Source: Minisyncoccota bacterium (GTDB taxonomy: Bacteria > Patescibacteriota > Minisyncoccia > Phycocordibacterales > Zambryskibacteraceae). Taken from it: a stretch of DNA of 64,000 nt. Below, piece after piece: positions 38,542-48,246 of this stretch. The notes beneath the pieces were generated by a model. The model saw only the letters and a program-made list of their open reading frames with translations, made no database searches and was not told where the DNA came from. The stretch spans positions 56 to 64,055 of the forward strand of contig DATDVZ010000003.1 of NCBI GenBank assembly GCA_036517475.1, written 5' to 3'. The position numbers and the translations under genes are program-made. Numbering within the stretch: position 1 is the first letter of the stretch; each line of letters begins with the position of its first letter.

Positions 38542-39315
38542 ATCTCTCCAAAAAAGAAAAGACAATTCCTGTTATTAATTTTATATCAGTTGATAGTGGG
38601 ATACATTTCTCTAAAATTAAACTTCAATGCTCCCTATTACCTTTTAGTATCTTGGGGTCTGCCGTCTTTGTTTTTTCTATACAAAATACATATAAACAGG
38701 CATCAGTATATTTTGGAAGCCCTGCTTTGGAGCATCCCCGGAAGCGTGCTTATAGACTGGATAGGCCATTACAGCAAAGCTTGGAGTTATTGGGACAATC
38801 CCCTTTTCGCCTCAACTGGGATCAGTATCTTAGGAATCCCTTTTGAATCGTTTCTTTGGGGATCGCTATTTTGGATATTTTATGTACTAGTTTATGAATA
38901 TTTCTTCGATGAGAACCGGGCTTCAAATTTTAATAGCAAAGAAAAATTTTTAGCTCTTGGATTTATGATTATTGGGCTAGTTACTGTAATTGTTATCAGG
39001 TTGCTTCAGCCAGATATTCCTTTTTTCTATATTTATATATTATTGCTTCTTATGTTTTTAACTGCAATATGTTTAGCCCAGTACCGAGAGCTTGTGCCGC
39101 GCGTTTTAAAATTCGGCTTTGTTGTACTAATTCTCGGATTACAGGTTGAATACTTTTCACTAAAACTGAGTTTGTGGTTTTTCCCAGACGGAGATTTTTT
39201 GCAAAGAATAATTTTTTTTGGACACTCAGTTCCTATTGAAGAATTGCTAGCGTGGCTAATAGCCCCAGCGGCAATCGCAGCAATTCACGAAGTTTTTGCC
39301 GACAATCACCAGTAA
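38533..39315 (+). CDS. Polytopic membrane protein of unknown function (6-7 TM). The start overlaps a repeat copy and is uncertain.
   Basis: 260 aa, very hydrophobic, Trp/Phe-rich helices. Confidence 0.5.
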   Translation: MRHISPKKKRQFLLLILYQLIVGYISLKLNFNAPYYLLVSWGLPSLFFLYKIHINRHQYILEALLWSIPGSVLIDWIGHYSKAWSYWDNPLFASTGISILGIPFESFLWGSLFWIFYVLVYEYFFDENRASNFNSKEKFLALGFMIIGLVTVIVIRLLQPDIPFFYIYILLLLMFLTAICLAQYRELVPRVLKFGFVVLILGLQVEYFSLKLSLWFFPDGDFLQRIIFFGHSVPIEELLAWLIAPAAIAAIHEVFADNHQ

Positions 39316-39335
39316 AAATCAAAGGTTCTATTTTG

Positions 39336-39741
39336 TGGAGGTGGGGAGTAGTGAACTCCCGTGCAAAAGATTTATCAAAATATTTCTACAATGGATAGTT
39401 TGTTTTTCCGCCCACTGGCGGATTTAAGCAAATTAGGTTTAAAGCAAACAAAACCCTAAATTGCCTAGCCTCAATTTTTCGGAAAATGTTGAGACGAACA
39501 TTTTCCATAGTCCGATAATATTACACCAACATTCCGCTCACAGACTTTGCGGAAGTTGACGTCGCCATCGCGAGTTAACCTCGAGCGGTAGCGAAAGCAA
39601 GATCATTTACTCCGAAATACGGAGAAAGGATTCGCTTTGCGACAATTGAATTTGCAATTATCATTTGTGGCAGATTAAAGAGTTACCACGGCTCTCCATT
39701 GCATACTTTGACCAACTCCTCTGTCAAAGCAATTCACCCCC
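39336..39741 (-). ncRNA. ssrA: Probable tmRNA (ssrA), placed adjacent to smpB
   Basis: Minus strand begins GGGGGUGAAUUGCUUUGACAGAGG (compare the canonical GGGGCUGAUUCUGGAUUCGACGGG). It ends with a tRNA-like T-arm and acceptor: GGGAG-UUCACUA-CUCCC-CACCUCC-A. The 5' GGGGGUG pairs with the 3' CACCUCC, with one G-U. The 5' end is immediately downstream of a 15-bp hairpin following smpB. The tag reading frame was not resolved. Confidence 0.5.
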
Positions 39742-39836
39742 GTATGAGGAACTCCATTTCTGAAGTTCCTCATACGGGGTTCAATCTTAACCCTAATAAA
39801 TTTTTTAAAAAATCAAGGGTAAATATTTCAAAGAGC

Positions 39837-40280
39837 TTACTCGTATTTCAGTATCCGTCTCGAGTCTCTCTCAGATTCGCGCTTCTTTATAGACTGACGT
39901 TTATCAAACTTTTTCTTACCGCGTACGATTCCAAGAGAAACCTTCAATTTTGGCCCCTTACTATATATCGCTAATGGAACAATTGTCAAACCTTTTTGCT
40001 TTTCAGTTCCTATAAGCTGGGATATCTCTTTTTTTGTTAGTAGCAATTTCCTGTTTCGCCTCGGCTCATAATCCTTTGGAGTATTTGCGGGCTGATATGG
40101 AGAAACAGTTGCATTAATCAAATATGTTTCATTATTATGAATTGTGACATGTGATCCATCTAAAGACCCTTGTCCTTTACGCAGTGATTTCACTTCAAAC
40201 CCAAGCAATTCAATACCAGCTTCCAGTTTTTCTAGAATTTCGTAATTAAAATACGCTTTTTTGTTTTCTACTAAATTCAT
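39837..40280 (-). CDS. smpB: SsrA-binding protein
   Basis: 147 aa. ...NKKAYFNYEILEKLEAGIELLGFEVKSLR... and a basic C-terminal tail. Confidence 0.9.
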   Translation of the reverse strand: MNLVENKKAYFNYEILEKLEAGIELLGFEVKSLRKGQGSLDGSHVTIHNNETYLINATVSPYQPANTPKDYEPRRNRKLLLTKKEISQLIGTEKQKGLTIVPLAIYSKGPKLKVSLGIVRGKKKFDKRQSIKKRESERDSRRILKYE

Positions 40281-40608
40281 AATTTAATGATAGCAAAAAT
40301 TGACCTGGAGAAAATAAAGATTAGTATTTAACACTGAATGTTGGAAAGAAACCATAAAAGAGTTTGAATCAAAAACGCGGTAAAGAGTGTAGGAAAATGC
40401 TTTCCTGAAAGATGTTGGAAAGTTAGAAGAAAACTCAACATAAAATCGTCATTGGATGATTTTATGTTTATTGATTTTTATAATAATTATAAATTCCCTA
40501 CAAAAAATTTATTACCCTTATACTCTTCAGCAGATTTGCCTGATCTTGAAAGGTAGAGTTCAATCGCCTGAGGATAACGCAGAAGCGCTTCCTCAAATGT
40601 TACTTCAA

Positions 40609-41058
40609 TCATGCCGACCTTTTTAAATATTTTGCAATCGCTGCATTTTTTGAGGTGGCAATAACTTTTTTATGCATAGTTATTATTTCATTTTCCAGAT
40701 CTTTAAGCATCTTTAAAAGGACTTTTACTGAATCGGGAGTAAATTGTGTTGAGAGCCCCCCGATTCGAAATATCTGTTCCTGATCAGAATCGCTTAATAA
40801 AATATTGAGTGGGAGTTGGTAAAAAGTCGCCACTATTTCTCCCTGAGGATTCTTGCCCACCTTCAGAAGCCCCCTGCTATATAAATCAGTAAGAAAATCC
40901 TCACTTTGTTCAGAAACATACTGCTTGCATTTGCGCTGAAGTTCAATTACTGAGTTTATTATTACCCCCAACTCTTCAGTTGATTCCACAATTTCTGTTG
41001 CTCCTTCTGTGCCAAATTCCATAAATATATTATATAATAAACATGAAGAATAATTCAC
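40609..41058 (-). CDS. Hypothetical protein (the start may be the internal Met at 41019)
   Basis: 149-aa ORF with no recognised motif. Confidence 0.45.
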   Translation of the reverse strand: MNYSSCLLYNIFMEFGTEGATEIVESTEELGVIINSVIELQRKCKQYVSEQSEDFLTDLYSRGLLKVGKNPQGEIVATFYQLPLNILLSDSDQEQIFRIGGLSTQFTPDSVKVLLKMLKDLENEIITMHKKVIATSKNAAIAKYLKRSA

Positions 41059-41117
41059 TCTTTCTTCATGAAGAAATTGGATTATAAATTATTATTTAAT
41101 TAATAAATAGGAAATAT

Positions 41118-41390
41118 ATGTCAGATTCAAAAACAATAGCTATCTGGGTTCTCTCAATTGCTCTTGTAATTGTGGGAGTTCTTTACATCCGTGAGGCAAA
41201 AAGACCAGATACTGTAAAGGAATTTTCAGCTCAGATGAATGAAGCTAGTGCTCAAATGACAAAAGATTGCAGTGATCTTTCAACAGAAGATAAGCGAAAA
41301 GTATGCATAGAGTCCCTTCAAAAAGTCAGTGCGCTGATGGGAGACTTTTTTGAGGTAACTGCTGATTCTGAAACAAAAACTGGTTATTAA
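41118..41390 (+). CDS. Hypothetical small membrane-anchored protein
   Basis: 90 aa with an N-terminal TM helix (IAIWVLSIALVIVGVLYI). Confidence 0.5.
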   Translation: MSDSKTIAIWVLSIALVIVGVLYIREAKRPDTVKEFSAQMNEASAQMTKDCSDLSTEDKRKVCIESLQKVSALMGDFFEVTADSETKTGY

Positions 41391-41484
41391 TCGAGGGGTG
41401 TAATGATATTTTACTGTTAATCGTCTTAATATATAGTAGTGTTTTAGGAAACACTATGAATAAATTATTAATTAACTAACTATC

Positions 41485-42468
41485 ATGCCTATCGCAATAT
41501 TAATTGTTATTGTTGTGGCTCTCGGCGCTTCTGCCGGGGCACAAGCAAGCAATCCAGGAAATTTTCTTTATGACTGGAAAACTAACGTCAATGAGAAAAT
41601 CGTAAGTGCTGTAAAAGTAAATGGGGAAGCTGAGGCATCTTGGCAAGCGCACCTTGCTGACAGACGTCTTGCTGAAGCAGAAGAGCTCGCTGCAGAAGGC
41701 AAACTAACAAGTTCTATTGGAGCAGAGCTTGAAAGCTCTTTTGAATCTCATGCCACTGCTGCCATGGAGCAGGCAGCTCGAATAAATGAGGAGAAGGATG
41801 CAGATGAGAAAGCTGGTGTACTGTCAGGACTTGAAGCAAGTTTGAAAGCCCATGAGGCGGTTTTAGTTTCACTTGAATCTAATGCCGACTCTCAAGCTAA
41901 AGCAGTGATTTCTTCTTTAATTGAGAAAGTTAGAGCGAGAATTAACTCAACAAGTACGGCAAGAATTAAAGCTCTAAATTCTGTAAGTGTAAGTGTTGAG
42001 GTTGAGGCTGCTGCAAGAGGCAAAATGAAGGCTGCTCAAAATAAAATCAATGAAGTCAAATCCTTCGTTGAAAGAAAAAAGGGAAGCTTATCCAGCCAGA
42101 TTAAAGCTAGTGTAGATATGCACATTAGTTTGGCAGAAGACTCTTTTGCTTCCGGAGAGGCTGCACTTGTTGCGGGGACCTATGCGCAAGCCTTTGCTAA
42201 ATTTGATGAAGCAATGCAGCATGCTCAAGAAGCAAAGATCATTGCTAATTCAAACAAAGTTTTGAGTGGAATTATCAATATTAAGATTGAAACTCAAAGT
42301 AACTCGCAAGCTACAACTTCAGCCAACACTTCTACAAATGCTGGCGGCAGTGTTAATACAAACACACCAGGTGGAGGATCTGTTAACACAAATACAAACA
42401 CTGGAAGCTCAGGAACTAATGGAAGTGTGAATGTCGGAGGAGAAACTAACGTTAATGTTAATTATTAA
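41485..42468 (+). CDS. Secreted/membrane-anchored Ala-rich coiled-coil protein with a low-complexity N/T/S/G tail
   Basis: Signal/anchor MPIAILIVIVVALGASAGAQA, a long helical Ala/Glu-rich region and a C-terminal (SVNTNT)n-like repeat. Intrinsic terminator at 42473-42501. Confidence 0.6.
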   Translation: MPIAILIVIVVALGASAGAQASNPGNFLYDWKTNVNEKIVSAVKVNGEAEASWQAHLADRRLAEAEELAAEGKLTSSIGAELESSFESHATAAMEQAARINEEKDADEKAGVLSGLEASLKAHEAVLVSLESNADSQAKAVISSLIEKVRARINSTSTARIKALNSVSVSVEVEAAARGKMKAAQNKINEVKSFVERKKGSLSSQIKASVDMHISLAEDSFASGEAALVAGTYAQAFAKFDEAMQHAQEAKIIANSNKVLSGIINIKIETQSNSQATTSANTSTNAGGSVNTNTPGGGSVNTNTNTGSSGTNGSVNVGGETNVNVNY

Positions 42469-42542
42469 AAACATCGCCCCGTAATCGGGGCGATGTTTTT
42501 AATTAGTGTATAATTTAAGAATAATAATTTTAATATAAACAA

Positions 42543-42944
42543 ATGATTAGTTTATTTGGCGTTCTATTAGCAGCAATCGTCGGAATGCTTTTTGGCTGGC
42601 TTTGGTACGGACCGCTTTTTGGCAAACTCTGGATGAGGGAGTCAAATGTAGCTGCCGAAAAAATAGAAGCAGTAAAGGCAAAAGGAATGAAGAAGCAATA
42701 CATTAGCTCTTTTATTTTTACACTTGTTTCTGCATATATACTGGCTTATTTTTTAAACCTTCTTCAAGTTGGAACAATTGAGGGTGTGTCTTCTCTTGTG
42801 TTTTGGATTTGGTTAGGGTTTCAAGTCCCTATTCTCATAGGATCAATACTCTGGGAAAATAGAACTTTTAAATTTTTTACCCTAAATGCAGTCCACAACG
42901 TTATCGTATTATTCATTATGGGTCTTGTATTGCTTTGGATTTAA
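42543..42944 (+). CDS. DUF1761-like small membrane protein
   Basis: 133 aa, 4 TM. GWLWYGPLFGKLWM is a motif typical of DUF1761. Confidence 0.55.
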   Translation: MISLFGVLLAAIVGMLFGWLWYGPLFGKLWMRESNVAAEKIEAVKAKGMKKQYISSFIFTLVSAYILAYFLNLLQVGTIEGVSSLVFWIWLGFQVPILIGSILWENRTFKFFTLNAVHNVIVLFIMGLVLLWI

Positions 42945-42993
42945 GGATTTAAAATATTTGCAAATAAAAAATAATTTGGTAGAGTAGAATTAA

Positions 42994-43503
42994 TTGAGTA
43001 ACGTCAGATTTAATCAGCAGATAAAAGCTTCAAGCCTTAGGGTAATAGGTCCCGAAGGAGAAAATTTTGGAGAACTTCCCTTTAAAGAGGCTCTTTCTAA
43101 AGCAGATGAGCTTGGTCTTGATTTAATTGAAATTTCCCCTAATTCAGTGCCACCAGTTGCCAAAATAATGGATATAGGCAAATACAGGTATCTAGAAAAT
43201 AAAAAGCAAAAACAGGCAAAAACAAAATCAAAGACAGTAGAAGTTAAATCAATTCAGGTCAAAGTCGGCACCGGCGAGCATGATCTGGCTCTTAAAGCAA
43301 AAAAAGCGAGTGAGTGGCTCTCTGAAGGTCATAGGATAAAAATCGATCTTTTTTTGCCAGGCAGAACTAAATATCTCAATCAAAATTTTCTGCGGGAACG
43401 TCTGGACAGAGTTCTCAAGCTTGTCAGTACTGAATTCAAAATTGCCGACCCCCCAACCAGAAGTCCTAAAGGTCTTTCAGTTTTGATTGAAAAAGCTAAG
43501 TAA
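42994..43503 (+). CDS. infC: Translation initiation factor IF-3 (non-ATG start)
   Basis: ...LRVIGPEGENFGELPFKEALSKADELGLDLIEISPNSVPPVAKIMDIGKYRY... Begins at TTG, consistent with the atypical IF-3 start codon. Confidence 0.85.
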   Translation: MSNVRFNQQIKASSLRVIGPEGENFGELPFKEALSKADELGLDLIEISPNSVPPVAKIMDIGKYRYLENKKQKQAKTKSKTVEVKSIQVKVGTGEHDLALKAKKASEWLSEGHRIKIDLFLPGRTKYLNQNFLRERLDRVLKLVSTEFKIADPPTRSPKGLSVLIEKAK

Positions 43504-43571
43504 GTTGAAAATTGAAAGTAAAAAGTTGGACTTGCATAGGTAAATAAAAAAGGTAGTATAGTAAGCTCAAA

Positions 43572-43763
43572 ATGGCCATGAAAACTAATAAGTCGTTTTT
43601 AAAGAGATTGAAAGTCACTAAAAGTGGTGCAGTTTTAGCGCGCAAGTCGGGTCAAAATCACTTTAATGCAAAGGAAGGAAGAAGGGCACAGCTTAAAAGA
43701 AAACAGTCTCGTAACTTTTCAATGAGTAATAAATCTCGTTCCCGCTATTTAGTCAACATATAA
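43572..43763 (+). CDS. rpmI: 50S ribosomal protein L35
   Basis: 63-aa basic protein with a KSFLKRLKVTKSGAVLARKSGQNH pattern. Sits between infC and rplT, as in the conserved operon. Confidence 0.8.
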   Translation: MAMKTNKSFLKRLKVTKSGAVLARKSGQNHFNAKEGRRAQLKRKQSRNFSMSNKSRSRYLVNI

Positions 43764-43806
43764 TTTTGATTTTTGATTTTTAAATTTTAAATTTTAATTT
43801 ATTTAT

Positions 43807-44160
43807 ATGACTAGAGTAAAAAAAGCAATCAACGCAAGAAAATACCGAAGAAATATCCTGCGTATGACCAAAGGCTACAGACATGCTCGCAAAAGCAAGG
43901 AGCGAGCAGCGCAAGAAGCAGTTTTTCATGCCGGCACTTATGCATTTGCCCATCGCAGAGATAAAAAGGGTGATTTCCGCAGACTATGGAATGTGCGTAT
44001 CAATGCAGCGCTTCGACCGTTGGGATTTTCGTATTCAAAATTTATTGATGCCCTTAAAAAGAACAAGATCGCGTTGGACAGAAAAATTCTTGCCGATCTT
44101 GCTACCGAAAATCCTGAAACTTTCAAAAAAATAGTAGAAAAAGTTTACCCTGTTAAATAA
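43807..44160 (+). CDS. rplT: 50S ribosomal protein L20
   Basis: MTRVKKAINARKYRRNILRMTKGYRHARK...NRLWNVRINAALRPLG. Strong terminator at 44251-44283. Confidence 0.9.
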   Translation: MTRVKKAINARKYRRNILRMTKGYRHARKSKERAAQEAVFHAGTYAFAHRRDKKGDFRRLWNVRINAALRPLGFSYSKFIDALKKNKIALDRKILADLATENPETFKKIVEKVYPVK

Positions 44161-44250
44161 ATATATTAAATTGTCATAAAGTAAATTAGTATTATTTTTT
44201 AGCATGATGGTCTTACGTATATTATTTAAAATATTTAATTAGGGTCAGGT

Positions 44251-44283
44251 AAAGAAAATCCCGCTACTGCGGGATTTTCTTTA
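44251..44283 (+). terminator. Intrinsic terminator after rplT
   Basis: aaagaaaatcccgc-tact-gcgggattttcttt. The same atcccgc..gcgggat palindrome recurs at 10468-10488. Confidence 0.65.
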
Positions 44284-44593
44284 CGGGCTACTTGGTCATA
44301 TTGCCCTAGTGAATACTAAGGTGGGTGTCCGCAATCGCGCTTTGCTGAATGTGTTAACGCTCATTAAAACGCGACGCTATAGGACTCCCTAAAAATTACT
44401 TTAATCTAGATAATATGCCAAATAACCCTGCTCTTAATTATAGACCTACTGTCAATGAAGAAAAGATGTAAAAATTATTAGGAAACAAACCAAATAATTT
44501 TCAATTATCAATTCTCAATTTACATTGAATTTTCAATGTTTTTAATCTTCAGAGTTGGTCTTTTTTTGAAAATTAAAAATTTCAAATAATAAA

Positions 44594-45181
44594 TTATTCC
44601 AATATTCCATCAATATTAACATCATATAGAATTTGCTCTTGTACCAACCTGTAATTTATTACTTCTTCGGGAGAAAACCAGATATTGATTTCACGCTGGG
44701 CTTCTTCCGGTTTATCAGTGCAATGAATCAGGTTTCTAACCGCTCTTCCATTGGTATTTGCCATATCATATGAATCAAGAGTTAGATCACCACGTATCGT
44801 TCCAACATCTGATGTGAGTGGTTCTGTGTCTCCGACAAGTTTTTTGACTATTCCCACAGCTTGATTTCCCTCAACAACCATAGCAATCACCGGACCAAGA
44901 GTAATAAAATTAATGAGAGCAGTAAGCACATCTCTGCCGTATTCAAGAGCGGTTTTTTCTGCCCCCTTCCCCTGTTTTTTTAAATTCTCAATTGTTTTTT
45001 GGCCAACAATTTCACACCACCCATCATTTTTATTATAATGATCCCCAGCTTTATTCCTGTCTGGAACGAACATTTTCAGTGCTGCAATCTTAAGTCCGGT
45101 TCTTTCAATACGCTTGATTATTTCTCCAATCAACGAGCGCTGTATCCCATCATGTTTTATTATGACCAGTGTTTTTTCCAT
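44594..45181 (-). CDS. ndk: Nucleoside diphosphate kinase (with a C-terminal extension)
   Basis: LVIIKHDGIQRSLIGEIIKRIERTGLKI..., active-site NLIHCTD (N-x-x-H-x-S/T-D). Confidence 0.8.
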   Translation of the reverse strand: MEKTLVIIKHDGIQRSLIGEIIKRIERTGLKIAALKMFVPDRNKAGDHYNKNDGWCEIVGQKTIENLKKQGKGAEKTALEYGRDVLTALINFITLGPVIAMVVEGNQAVGIVKKLVGDTEPLTSDVGTIRGDLTLDSYDMANTNGRAVRNLIHCTDKPEEAQREINIWFSPEEVINYRLVQEQILYDVNIDGILE

Positions 45182-45253
45182 AGATTTTTACATGTTAAAC
45201 ATTAAATAACTACTACATTGATTAAAAATTGTAAATTAAAAATTAAAAATTGC

Positions 45254-46021
45254 CTATTCTGTTAACACAACCGGCTTTCCATCTGTTATAGCTACTGTGT
45301 GTTCAAAATGGGCTGCATTACTTGCGTCTTTAGTTTTGTATGTATAGCCGTCTTTGTCTAAAACAATTCCTCCCTTTCCGGTTGTAAACATCGGCTCAAT
45401 TGCAATTACCATTCCGGCAACCAACTTTTCTCCCTGACCCCTTACTCCGATATTTGGAATGTATGGATCTTCATGAACAGAGTATCCTACACCATGACCA
45501 CTTAAGCCCTCTGCGATCCCAAAGCCATATTTTTCTGCAATATCCTGAACTGCCTGACCAATATCCCCTGTCGTATTTCCTTCTTTTGCAACATTGACTG
45601 CTGCCTTCAGAGCCTCGCGTGTTGCTTTAATCAATTTTTTATCTTCTTTTGAAATTTTTCCAACACCTACTGTTATAGCAGCATCAGTAATCAGATCTTT
45701 GTGGATAAGTCCCAAGTCAAAAGTCACAATATCACCATCTTTAATAATTCTATTTTTTTCATTTGGAATACCGTGAACTATTTCATCATTTACGGAGACA
45801 CACAATGCCGCGGGGTATGGTCTCATTGATCCTTTTGGTTTGTAATTAAGAAATGCCGGCCTATCTCCGAATTCTTCAATTTTTTTTATAGCAAAGTCGT
45901 TTAAAAATTTTGTGCTTACCCCCGAAACAGCTTCTTTTGCTATTTCTTTAAGGATTTGCGCATGCCTTCTCCCCCCCTCTTTAAGGGTTTCAATTTCTTT
46001 TTTGGTTTTTATAGTTATCAT
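45254..46021 (-). CDS. map: Methionine aminopeptidase type I (start set at MITIKTKKEIE)
   Basis: Metal ligands in DLITDAAITVG, ...HGIP..., ...FEHTVAITDGKPVVLT. Confidence 0.9.
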   Translation of the reverse strand: MITIKTKKEIETLKEGGRRHAQILKEIAKEAVSGVSTKFLNDFAIKKIEEFGDRPAFLNYKPKGSMRPYPAALCVSVNDEIVHGIPNEKNRIIKDGDIVTFDLGLIHKDLITDAAITVGVGKISKEDKKLIKATREALKAAVNVAKEGNTTGDIGQAVQDIAEKYGFGIAEGLSGHGVGYSVHEDPYIPNIGVRGQGEKLVAGMVIAIEPMFTTGKGGIVLDKDGYTYKTKDASNAAHFEHTVAITDGKPVVLTE

Positions 46022-46088
46022 ATTATTCGTATGAGCAATATTCGTAACGTTGCAATCCTGCAAAGCGGTAATTTTTTATTAGACAAAG

Positions 46089-46664
46089 TCAAATTAAAGA
46101 CGAAATTTTATTCCAAATTTCTTCAAATACTTTCTCCGGGGCGGGCATTCCGTCAATTTCAATAACCTTTCCAATTGAGCGGAAGTAATTTATTGCAGGA
46201 ATTGTGTGTTTTTCAAATTCATCAAAACGAGTCTGGAGCCTGAGAGGATCATCATCAACCCTTCCTTCTTCTTTTAATCTTTTTGAGATTCTTTCCTTAA
46301 CAGTGGCCTCGGAAACATTAAGGTGAAGGACTCTGAAATCCCTACCCAGCCAGAAAGCAATTTCTGAAAAAAGTCTTGCCTCTGGTTCCATACGCCCCAC
46401 CCCTTCAAATATTATTCCCTCATCAGTATTAAGGGAAAAAATTTTTTCTTGAAATAAAAAGCTTGCAAACCAATTTGGCATCAAAGCTCCGGAATTCATA
46501 ATCTCTCCCACACGGCCTCCAAGATCATTTTTTTGGGAAGCTATTTCTCTGAACCTGCCGCCTGTTGAGAAAATATCGAAGTTGGTTTTTTCTTTTAGCA
46601 CTGTTGCCTGCCTGCCTTTGCCGCACCCCGGCCTGCCCATTAATATGAATGTTTTTATTGCCAT
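46089..46664 (-). CDS. adk: Adenylate kinase
   Basis: P-loop MGRPGCGKGRQA. Placed between secY and map. Confidence 0.85.
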   Translation of the reverse strand: MAIKTFILMGRPGCGKGRQATVLKEKTNFDIFSTGGRFREIASQKNDLGGRVGEIMNSGALMPNWFASFLFQEKIFSLNTDEGIIFEGVGRMEPEARLFSEIAFWLGRDFRVLHLNVSEATVKERISKRLKEEGRVDDDPLRLQTRFDEFEKHTIPAINYFRSIGKVIEIDGMPAPEKVFEEIWNKISSLI

Positions 46665-46878
46665 TTAAATAGCTTACTTGCTTACAGATATTTTGCCAAA
46701 TTTTTAACCTAACAACCGTGTCAGCCTGCCAGGTTGAAATGGCCTTGTGATTATCTAAAGAGAAATAGTTCTAGTCGATTCATGTGCTTTTTTTATTAGC
46801 TCCACTTCTAATACCATATATATTTAGTAAATTTTGGACTGTAATTTTGATATTTAAATTTCAAATTTTAATTTTCCT

Positions 46879-48150
46879 TTAGTATTCGCGTATCGAAACT
46901 TGTGCGTCAATCTTCTTAATGAGATCAATTACAACTGAGACAACAATGAGAAGTGCGGTACCGCCTATTGCAAGATTGGCGATCCCTGTAAGAGAGCGCA
47001 TTAGAAGAGGCAAAACTGCAATTACACCAAGAAATAAAGCCCCAACCAAAGTTATCCTAGTAAGAATTTTTGAAAGATGTTCAGCAGTTGAGTCTCCGGG
47101 TCGCACGCCGGGGATGAAGGCTCCGTTTTTCTGCAGATTCGTGGCAATAGAATGCGGATCAAAAGTGATTGCCGTATAAAAGTATGTAAAAAGAAATACC
47201 ATTACAAAGTAGGCGATCGCATAGAACCACTGGTTAGCAATTATTGCCGTAACAAATTTCCCTATGCTTTGCAGAGTAGCATTATCAACTGTTGAAAGAA
47301 AGCTGAAAATCAACTGCGGGAAAAGGAGGATTGATAGGGCAAAAATTATTGGGATTACCCCCGCCTGATTAACCCGAAGCGGCAGATATGTTGAAAGACC
47401 GCCATAAACTCTTGATCCTCGCACTCTTTTGGCATAGGTTATTGGTACTGGCCTTTCCGCTTCAGTTATAACTACAACACCGAAAATAATAGCCAATGCA
47501 GCAACAAGAAAAGCAAGGTACAAAGGAATCTGGGAAATATCAAATGTATAGACAAGCTGAGTAATCTGGCTTGGAAGGGATGCTACAATGCCAGCAAAAA
47601 TAATGAGAGAAACTCCGTTTCCGATACCGAATTCCGTAATGAGTTCTCCTATCCACATCAACAGCAGAGAGCCGGCGGTAATAATAATTATGTTTGTGAC
47701 CATGTCAAAAAAAGGTAGAACTGGTATAACATTTTGCTTAGTTAAAAGTGTAAGAAATGCATATCCCTGAATTATTGAAAGAGGAACAGTGAGAATCCTT
47801 GAATATTGGGTAAATTTTTTTCTTCCAGCATCTCCTTCCTCTTGATAAAGCGCTTTGAGTTTCGGAAATACAATCGTAAGAAGCTGCATTATGATTGATG
47901 CCGTAATATAGGGCCCCACCCCAAGCATTATTATTGAGAGATTTGATAGCCCTCCCCCAGAGAAGAGGTTAAGGAGTCCCAAAAGCTCATTACCCGAAAA
48001 GAAACTGGATAATCTTTCAGTATCAATGCCCGGCACAGGAATATGGGCAAGAAGGCGAAATACCACCAAGGCTCCGAGAACAAAAAGCATTCTTTTGCGC
48101 AAGACCTTGTCAGTAAATATCAGTCTAATTTTTTCTTTAAAGTTATCCAT
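46879..48150 (-). CDS. secY: Preprotein translocase subunit SecY
   Basis: 423 aa, 10 TM. Placed after rplO. Confidence 0.9.
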   Translation of the reverse strand: MDNFKEKIRLIFTDKVLRKRMLFVLGALVVFRLLAHIPVPGIDTERLSSFFSGNELLGLLNLFSGGGLSNLSIIMLGVGPYITASIIMQLLTIVFPKLKALYQEEGDAGRKKFTQYSRILTVPLSIIQGYAFLTLLTKQNVIPVLPFFDMVTNIIIITAGSLLLMWIGELITEFGIGNGVSLIIFAGIVASLPSQITQLVYTFDISQIPLYLAFLVAALAIIFGVVVITEAERPVPITYAKRVRGSRVYGGLSTYLPLRVNQAGVIPIIFALSILLFPQLIFSFLSTVDNATLQSIGKFVTAIIANQWFYAIAYFVMVFLFTYFYTAITFDPHSIATNLQKNGAFIPGVRPGDSTAEHLSKILTRITLVGALFLGVIAVLPLLMRSLTGIANLAIGGTALLIVVSVVIDLIKKIDAQVSIREY

Positions 48151-48246
48151 TTATCCGCCTAAATTTTAATAATTACAAAATTATGATTCATATTACTTGA
48201 TACTCATTTTATATTTTAATATACCCCATTTTAAGATTTTGATAGA

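Noticed and set aside
37817-38846. Plus-strand ORFs 37817-38152 and 38517-38846, antisense to cspA and overlapping the membrane protein
   Set aside because: They are generated by the ~55-bp direct repeat and run antisense to the well-supported cspA gene. 38517-38846 overlaps 38533-39315 in another frame.
39699-39974. 91-aa plus-strand ORF spanning the tmRNA 5' end and the smpB 3' end
   Set aside because: It is antisense to smpB and to the predicted tmRNA, and includes the 15-bp terminator hairpin.
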